Assembly: GCA_964016885.1 (NCBI GenBank)
Contig: OZ024741.1
Location: forward strand, 259,594,001-259,658,000
DNA length: 64,000 nt
DNA from: Eledone cirrhosa
Lineage: Eukaryota
Direction: 5' to 3'
The notes below the pieces were generated by a model, which was given only the letters and a program-made list of their open reading frames with translations, was not told where the DNA came from and did not search any database. The position numbers and the translations under genes were made by a program. Of the stretch, positions 56,291-64,000 are shown in pieces (position 1 is the first letter of the stretch; every line of letters starts with the position of its first letter).

Positions 56291-59049
56291 TCGTAAGTCG
56301 AAACACTCGTAAGTCAGAACACTCGTAAGTCAGAACACTCTTAAGTCAGAACACTCGTATCGAAACACGTATGTCAAAACACCCGTAAGTCAAAACACTC
56401 GTAAGTCGAAACACTCGTAAGTCGAAACACTCGTAAGCCGAAACAATCGTAAGTCAAAACACTCGTAAGTCGAAACACTCGTAAGCCGAAAATACTCGTA
56501 AGTCGGAACACCCGTAAGCCGAAACCCTCGTAGGTCGGAACACTCGTAAGTCAAAACACTCGTAAGTCGAAACACCCGTAAGTCGAAACACTCGTAAGTC
56601 GAAACACCCGTAAGTCGAAACATCCGTAAGTCAAAACACTCGTATGTCGAAACACTCGTAAGCCGAAACACTCGTAAGTCAGAACACTCGTAAGTCAGAA
56701 CACTCGTAAGTCGAAACACTCATAAGTCGAAACACTCGTAAGTCGAAACACCCGTAAGTCGAAACACCCGTAAGTCGAAACACTCGTATGTCGAATAACT
56801 CGTAAGCCGAAACACCGTAAGTCAAAACACTCGTAAGTCGAAACACTCGTAAGTCGAAACACCCATAAGCCGAAACATTCGTAAGCCAAAACATTCGTAA
56901 GTCGAAACACTCGTAAACCGAAACACTCGTAAGCCAAAACATTCGTAAGTCGAAACACTCGTAAGTCGAAACACCCATAGCCGAAACACTTGTAAGTCTG
57001 AACACACGTAAGTCAGAACACCCGTAAGTCAGAACACTCGTAAGTCAGAACACTCGTAAGTCAGAACACTCGTAAGTCAGAGCACTCGTATCGAAACACT
57101 CGTATGTCAAAACACCCGTAAGTCAAAACACTCGTAAGTCGAAATACTCGTAAGCCGAAACACCGTAAGCCAAAACACTCGTAAGTCGAAACACCCGTAA
57201 GTCGGAACACTCGTAAGTCGAAACACTCGTAAGTCGAAACACTCGTAAGCCGAAACACTCGTAAGCCGAAACACTCGTAAGTCGGAACACTCGTAAGTCG
57301 GAACACTCGTAAGTCAGAACACTCGTAAGTCAGAACACTCGTAAGTCAGAACACTCGTAAGTCAGAACACTCGTAAGTCGAAACACTCGTATCGAAACAC
57401 TCGTATGTCAAAACACCCGTAAGTCAAAACACTCGTAAGTCGAAACACTCGTAAGTCGAAACATTCGTATGTCGAAACATCCGTAAATCAGAACACTCGT
57501 AAGTCGAAACACTCGTAAGTCGAAACACTCGTAAGCCGAAACACTCGTAAGTCGAAGCACTCGTATCGAAACACTCGTAAGTCGAAACACCCTTAAGTCA
57601 AAACACTCGTAAGCCAAAACACTCGTAAGTCGAAACACTCGTAAGTCGGAACACTCGTAAGTCAGAACACTCATAAGTCAGAACACTCGTAAGTGGAAAC
57701 ACGCGTAAGTCGAAACACTCATAAGTCGAAACACTCGTAAGTCGAAACACCCGTAAGTCGAAACACCCGTAAGTCGAAACACTCGTATGTCGAATAACTC
57801 GTAAGCCGAAACACCGTAAGTCAAAACACTCGTAAGTCGAAACACTCGTAAGTCGAAACACCCATAAGCCGAAACACTCGTAAGCCAAAACATTCGTAAG
57901 TCGAAACACTCGTAAACCGAAACACTCGTAAGCCAAAACATTCGTAAGTCGAAACACTCGTAAGTCGAAACACCCATAGCCGAAACACTCGTAAGTCTGA
58001 ACACACGTAAGTCAGAACAGCCGTAAGTCAGAACACTCGTAAGTCAGAACACTCGTAAGTCAGAACACTCGTAAGTCAGAGCACTCGTATCGAAACACTC
58101 GTATGTCAAAACACCCGTAAGTCAAAACACTCGTAAGTCGAAACACTCGTAAGCCGAAACACCGTAAGCCAAAACACTCGTAAGTCGAAACACCCGTAAG
58201 TCGGAACACTCGTAAGTCGAAACACTCGTAAGTCGAAACACTCGTAAGCCGAAACACTCGTAAGCCGAAACACTCGTAAGTCGGAACACTCGTAAGTCGG
58301 AACACTCGTAAGTCAGAACACTCGTAAGTCAGAACACTCGTAAGTCAGAACACTCGTAAGTCAGAACACTCGTAAGTCAGAACACTCGTAAGTCGAAACA
58401 CTCGTATCGAAACACTCGTATGTCAAAACACCCGTAAGTCAAAACACTCGTAAGTCGAAACACTCGTAAGTCGAAACACTCGTAAGCCGAAACACTCGTA
58501 AGCCGAAACACTCGTAAGTCGGAACACTCGTAAGTCGGAACACTCGTAAGTCAGAACACTCGTAAGTCAGAACACTCGTAAGTCAGAACACTCGTAAGTC
58601 AGAACACTCGTAAGTCGAAACACTCGTATCGAAGCACTCGTATGTCAAAACACCCGTAAGTCAAAACACTCGTAAGTCGAAACACTCGTAAGTCGAAACA
58701 CTCGTATGTCGAAACATCCGTAAATCAGAACACTCGTAAGTCGAAACACTCGTAAGTCGAAACACTCGTAAGCCGAAACACTCGTAAGTCGAAGCACTCG
58801 TATCGAAACACTCGTAAGTCGAAACACCCTTAAGTCAAAACACTCGTAAGCCAAAACACTCGTAAGTCGAAACACTCGTAAGTCGGAACACTCGTAAGTC
58901 AGAACACTCGTAAGTCAGAACACTCGTAAGTGGAAACACGCGTAAGTCGAAAGACCCGTAAGTCAAAAATCTCGTAAGTCAAAACACTCGTAAGCCGAAA
59001 CACTCGTAAGTCGAAACACTCGTAAGTCGAAACATTCGTAAAGCGAAAC

Positions 59050-59118
59050 GTATAAATAAAGATTAATGTAATGAACTTGAAAAGCATAGATATTTGAAAC
59101 CGCGTCTATTTGTTATTT
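59050..59118 (+). repeat. 69-bp AT-rich element, subtype A
   Basis: Matches 1536-1604. Confidence 0.95.
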
Positions 59119-60213
59119 TCGTAAGTCGAAACACTCGTAAGTCAGAACACTCGTAAGTCAGAACACTCTTAAGTCAGAACACTCGTATCGAAACACGTAT
59201 GTCAAAACACCCGTAAGTCAAAACACTCGTAAGTCGAAACACTCGTAAGTCGAAACACTCGTAAGCCGAAACAATCGTAAGTCAAAACACTCGTAAGTCG
59301 GAACACCCGTAAGCCGAAACCCTCGTAGGTCGGAACACTCGTAAGTCGAAACACTCGTAAGTCGAAACACCCGTAAGTCGAAACACTCGTAAGTCGAAAC
59401 ACCCGTAAGTCGAAACATCCGTAAGTCAAAACACTCGTATGTCGAAACACTCGTAAGCCGAAACACTCGTAAGTCGGAACACTCGCAAGTCAGAACACTC
59501 GTAAGTCAGAACACTCGTAAGTCGAAACACTCGTAAGTCGAAACACCCGTAAGTCGAAACGCCCGTAAGTCAAAACACTCGTATGTCGAAACACTCGCAA
59601 GCCGAAAAACCGTAAGTCAAAACACTCGTAAGTCGAAACACTCGTAAATCGAAACACTCGTAAGCCGAAACACTCGTAAGCGAAAACATTCGTTAGTCGA
59701 AACACTCGTAACCCGAAACACTCGTAAGTCGAAACACTCGAAAGCCGAAACACTCGTAAGTCGAAACACTCATAAGCCGAAACACTCGTAAGTCGGAACA
59801 CTCGTAAGTCAGAACACCCGTAAATCAGAACACTCGTAGTCAGAACACTCGTAAGTCGAAACACTCGTAAGCCGAAACACTCGCAAGTCGAAGCACTCGT
59901 AATCCGAAACACTCTTAAGTCGAAACACTCGTAAGTCGGAACACTCGTAAGTCAGAACACTCGTAAGTCAGAACACTCGTAAGTCGAAACACTCGTAAGC
60001 CGAAACATCCGTAAGTCAAAACATCCGTAAGTCAAAACATTCGTAAGTCGAAACACCCGTAGTCGAAACACTCGCAAGTCGAAACACTCGTAAGTCGAAA
60101 CACGCGTAAGTCGAAACACATGTAAGTCAAAACACTCGTAAGTCAAAACACTCGTAAGCCGAAACACTCGTAAGTCGAAACACTCGTAAGTCGAAACACT
60201 CGTAAAGCGAAAC

Positions 60214-60282
60214 GTATAAATAAATATTAATGTAATGAATTTGAAAAGCATAGAGATTTGAAACCGCGTCTATTTGTTATTT
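60214..60282 (+). repeat. 69-bp AT-rich element, subtype C
   Basis: Matches 7602-7670. Confidence 0.95.
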
Positions 60283-63200
60283 TCGTAAGTCGAAACACTC
60301 GTAAGCCGAAACACTCGTGAGCCGAAACACTCGTAAGTCGGAACACTCGTAAGTCAGAACACTCGTAAGTCAGAACACTCGTAAGTTAGAACACTCGTAA
60401 GTCAGAACACTCGTAAGTCAGAACACTCGTAAGTCGAAACACTCGTATCGAAACACTCGTATGTCAAAACACCCGTAAGTCAAAACACTCGTAAGTCGAA
60501 ACACTCGTAAGTCGAAACACTCGTAAGCCGAAACACTCGTAAGCCGAAACACTCGTAAGCCGAAACACTCGTAAGTCGGAACACTCGTAAGTCAGAACAC
60601 TCATAAGTCAGAACACTTGTAAGTCAGAACACTCGTAAGTCGAAACACTCGTAAGCCGAAACACCGTAAGTCGAAACACCCGTATGTCGAAACACTCGTA
60701 AGCCGAAACACTCTTAAGTCGAAACACTCATAAGCCGAAACACTCGTAAGTCGGAACACTCGTAAATCAGAACACCCGCAAGTCAGAACACTCGTAAATC
60801 AGAACACTCTTAAGTCGAAACTTACGTACGCCGAAACAATCGTAAGTCGAAACACTCGTAAGTCGAAACATCCTTAAGTCGAAACACTCGTACACCGAAA
60901 CACTCGTAAGTATAAACATTAGTAAGTCGAAACACTCGTATGTCGAAACACTCGTAAACCGAAACACTCGTAAGTCGGAACACTCGTAAGTCAGAACACT
61001 CGTAAGTCAGAACACTCGTAAGTCGAAACACTCATAAGTCGAAACACCCGTAAGTCGAAACACTCGTAAGTCGAAACACCCATAAGCCGAAACACTCGTA
61101 AGCCAAAACATTCGTAAGTCGAAACACTCGTAAACCGAAACACTCGTAAGCCAAAACATTCGTATGTCGAAACACTCGTAAGTCGAAACACCCATAGCCG
61201 AAACACTTGTAAGTCTGAACACACGTAAGTCAGAACACCCGTAAGTCAGAACACTCGTAAGTCAGAACACTCGTAAGTCAGAACACTCGTAAGTCAGAAC
61301 ACTCGTAAGTCAGAGCACTCGTATCGAAACACTCGTATGTCAAAACACCCGTAAGTCAAAACACTCGTAAGTCGAAACACTCGTAAGCCGAAACACCGTA
61401 AGCCAAAACACTCGTAAGTCGAAACACCCCTAAGTCGGAACACTCGTAAGTCGAAACACTCGTAAGTCGAAACACTCGTAAGCCGAAACACTCGTAAGCC
61501 GAAACACTCGTAAGTCGGAACACTCGTAAGTCGGAACACTCGTAAGTCAGAACACTCGTAAGTCAGAACACTCGTAAGTCAGAACACTCGTAATTCAGAA
61601 CACTCGTAAGTCGAAACACTCGTATCGAAACACTCGTATGTCAAAACACCCGTAAGTCAAAACACTCGTAAGTCGAAACACTCGTAAGTCGAAACATTCG
61701 TAAGTCGAAACATCCGTAAATCAGAACACTCTTAAGTCGAAACACTCGTAAGTCGAAACACTCGTAAGCCGAAACACTCGTAAGTCGAAGTACTCGTATC
61801 GAAACACTCGTAAGTCGAAACACCCTTAAGTCAAAACACTCGTAAGCCAAAACACTCGTAAGTCGAAACACTCGTAAGTCGGAACACTCGTAAGTCAGAA
61901 CACTCGTAAGTCAGAACACTCGTAAGTGGAAACACGCGTAAGTCGAAACACTCATAAGTCGAAACACTCGTAAGTCGAAACACCCGTAAGTCGAAACACC
62001 CGTAAGTCGAAACACTCGTATGTCGAATAACTCGTAAGCCGAAACACCGTAAGTCAAAACACTCGTAAGTCGAAACACTCGTAAGTCGAAACACCCATAA
62101 GCCGAAACACTCGTAAGCCAAAACATTCGTAAGTCGAAACACTCGTAAACCGAAACACTCGTAAGCCAAAACATTCGTAAGTCGAAACACTCGTAAGTCG
62201 AACCACCCATAGCCGAAACACTCGTAAGTCTGAACACACGTAAGTCAGAACAGCCGTAAGTCAGAACACTCGTAAGTCAGAACACTCGTAAGTCAGAACA
62301 CTCGTAAGTCAGAGCACTCGTATCGAAACACTCGTATGTCAAAACACCCGTAAGTCAAAACACTCGTAAGTCGAAACACTCGTAAGTCGAAACACTCGTA
62401 TGTCGAAACATCCGTAAATCAGAACACTCGTAAGTCGAAACACTCGTAAGTCGAAACACTCGTAAGCCGAAACACTCGTAAGTCGAAGCACTCGTATCGA
62501 AACACTCGTAAGTCGAAACACCCTTAAGTCAAAACACTCGTAAGCCAAAACACTCGTAAGTCGAAACACTCGTAAGTCGGAACACTCGTAAGTCAGAACA
62601 CTCGTAAGTCAGAACACTCGTAAGTGGAAACACGCGTAAGTCGAAAGACCCGTAAGTCAAAAATCTCGTAAGTCAAAACACTCGTAAGCCGAAACACTCG
62701 TAAGTCGAAACACTCGTAAGTCGAAACACCCGTAAGTCGGAACACTCGTAAGTCAGAATACTCGTAAGTCAAAACACTCGTAAACCGGAACACCCGTAAG
62801 GCAAAACATTCGCATGTCAAAACACTCGTAAGTCGAAACACTCGTAAGCCGAAACACTCGTAAGTCGAAACACTCGTAAGTCGAAACACTCGTAAGTCGA
62901 AACACTCGTAAGTCAGTGCACCCGTAAGTCAGAACACTCGTAGTCAGAATACTCGTAAGTCGAAACACTCGTATGTCGAAACACCAGTAAGTCGAAACAT
63001 CCGTAAGTCAAAACACTCGTATGTCGAAACACTCGTAAGCCGAAACACTCATAAGTCGAAACACTCGTAAGCCGAAACACCCGTAAGTCAAAACATTCGT
63101 AAGTCAAAACACTCGTAAGTCGAAACACCCGTAAGTCAAAACACTCGTATGTCGAAACACTCGTAAGCCGAAACAACGTAAGTAAAAACACTCGTAAGTC

Positions 63201-64000
63201 GAAACACCCATAAGTCGAAACACTCGTAAGCCGAAACACTCGTAAGTCGAAACACTCATAAGCCGAAACACTCGTAAGTCGGAACACTCGTAAATCAGAA
63301 CACCCGCAAGTCAGAACACTCGTAAATCAGAACACTCTTAAGTCGAAACTCACGTACGCTGAAACACTCGTAAGTCGAAACACTCGTAAGTCGAAACATC
63401 CTTAAGTCGAAACACTCGTACACCGAAACACTCGTAAGTATAAACATTAGTAAGTCGAAACACTCGTAAGCCGAAACACTCGTAAGTCGAAACACCCGTA
63501 AATCGAAACACCCCTAAGTCAAAACACTCGTATGTCGAAACACTCGTAAACCGAAACACTCGTAAGTCGGAACACTCGTAAGTCAGAACACTCGTAAGTC
63601 GAAACACTCATAAGTCGAAACACTCGTAAGTCGAAACACCCGTAAGTCGAAACCCCCGTAAGTCGAAACACTCGTATGTCGAATAACTCGTAAGCTGAAA
63701 CACCGTAAGTCAAAACACTCGTAAGTCAAAACACTCGTAAGTCGAAACACCCATAAGCCGAAACACTCGTAAGCCAAAACATTCGTAAGTCGAAACACTC
63801 GTAAACCGAAACACTCGTAAGCCAAAACATTCGTAAGTCGAAACACTCGTAAGTCGAAACACCCATAGCCGAAACACTCGTAAGTCGGAACACACGTAAG
63901 TCAGAACACCCGTAAGTCAGAACACTCGTAAGTCAGAACACTCGTAAGTCAGAGCACTCGTATCGAAACACTCGTATGTCAAAACACCCGTAAGTCAAAA

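Larger units (their letters stand above)
1..64000 (+). repeat. 16-bp satellite tandem array (CACTCGTAAGTCGAAA)n, head-to-tail, reaching both window edges
   Basis: Monomer visible on every line. Common variants GCCGAAA, GTCGGAA, GTCAGAA, GTCAAAA, CACCCG, TATGTC; length variants of 14 bp (CACTCGTATCGAAA), 15 bp (GCCGAAACACCGTAA) and 17 bp (GCCGAAAATACTCGTAA). No inverted block seen. Confidence 0.99.
53395..64000 (+). repeat. 10.6-kb block, copy 2 of the 52,612-bp-offset duplication (truncated by window end)
   Basis: Collinear with 783-11388; the last line of the window matches 11349-11388; only a few substitutions seen. Confidence 0.93.

Noticed and set aside
322-63895. Numerous 60-177 aa minus-strand ORFs as protein-coding genes
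   Set aside because: All are translations of the 16-bp repeat, overlap in several frames, mostly use GTG/TTG starts, and are bounded by recurrent TCA monomer variants; no domain-like sequence.
1-64000. CRISPR array, with the 16-mer or the 69-mer as repeat
   Set aside because: No unique spacers: monomers abut directly, and the 0.9-7.5 kb intervals between inserts are satellite. No cas genes or leader.
1-64000. Telomerase-synthesised telomeric repeat
   Set aside because: No G-run motif, and variants are inherited in long ordered blocks with inserts, which fits recombinational amplification rather than templated addition. A subtelomeric location cannot be excluded.
1-64000. Pure sequencing artefact or synthetic concatemer
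   Set aside because: Nested, consistent variant haplotypes and distinct substitutions between large copies fit natural evolution; only the exact copy number of the near-identical blocks is uncertain.
1-64000. Plasmid or phage iterons, or parS-like array with an AT-rich unwinding element
   Set aside because: 64 kb without any gene is far beyond known iteron or parS clusters; no rep or par ORF.

Overview
The whole 64 kb is one uninterrupted, single-orientation tandem satellite array built from a 16-bp monomer (consensus CACTCGTAAGTCGAAA; reverse complement TTTCGACTTACGAGTG), roughly 3,800 copies estimated from length. It has recurrent substitution variants and 14/15/17-bp indel variants. The only non-monomer sequence I found is a 69-bp AT-rich element, 38 copies by manual count in 4 subtypes, always at the same phase of the monomer. 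The variants are arranged hierarchically: ~0.2-0.25 kb ordered runs, ~1-1.2 kb modules, a ~4.5 kb higher-order repeat, recent duplications with offsets of 7,618, ~9,120 and 10,098 bp, and a 10.6 kb block repeated at an offset of 52,612 bp. I see no credible protein-coding gene, RNA gene, CRISPR array or intact mobile element; all listed ORFs are translations of the repeat. The architecture looks like eukaryotic (peri)centromeric or heterochromatic satellite DNA, but neither organism nor function can be determined from the sequence alone.
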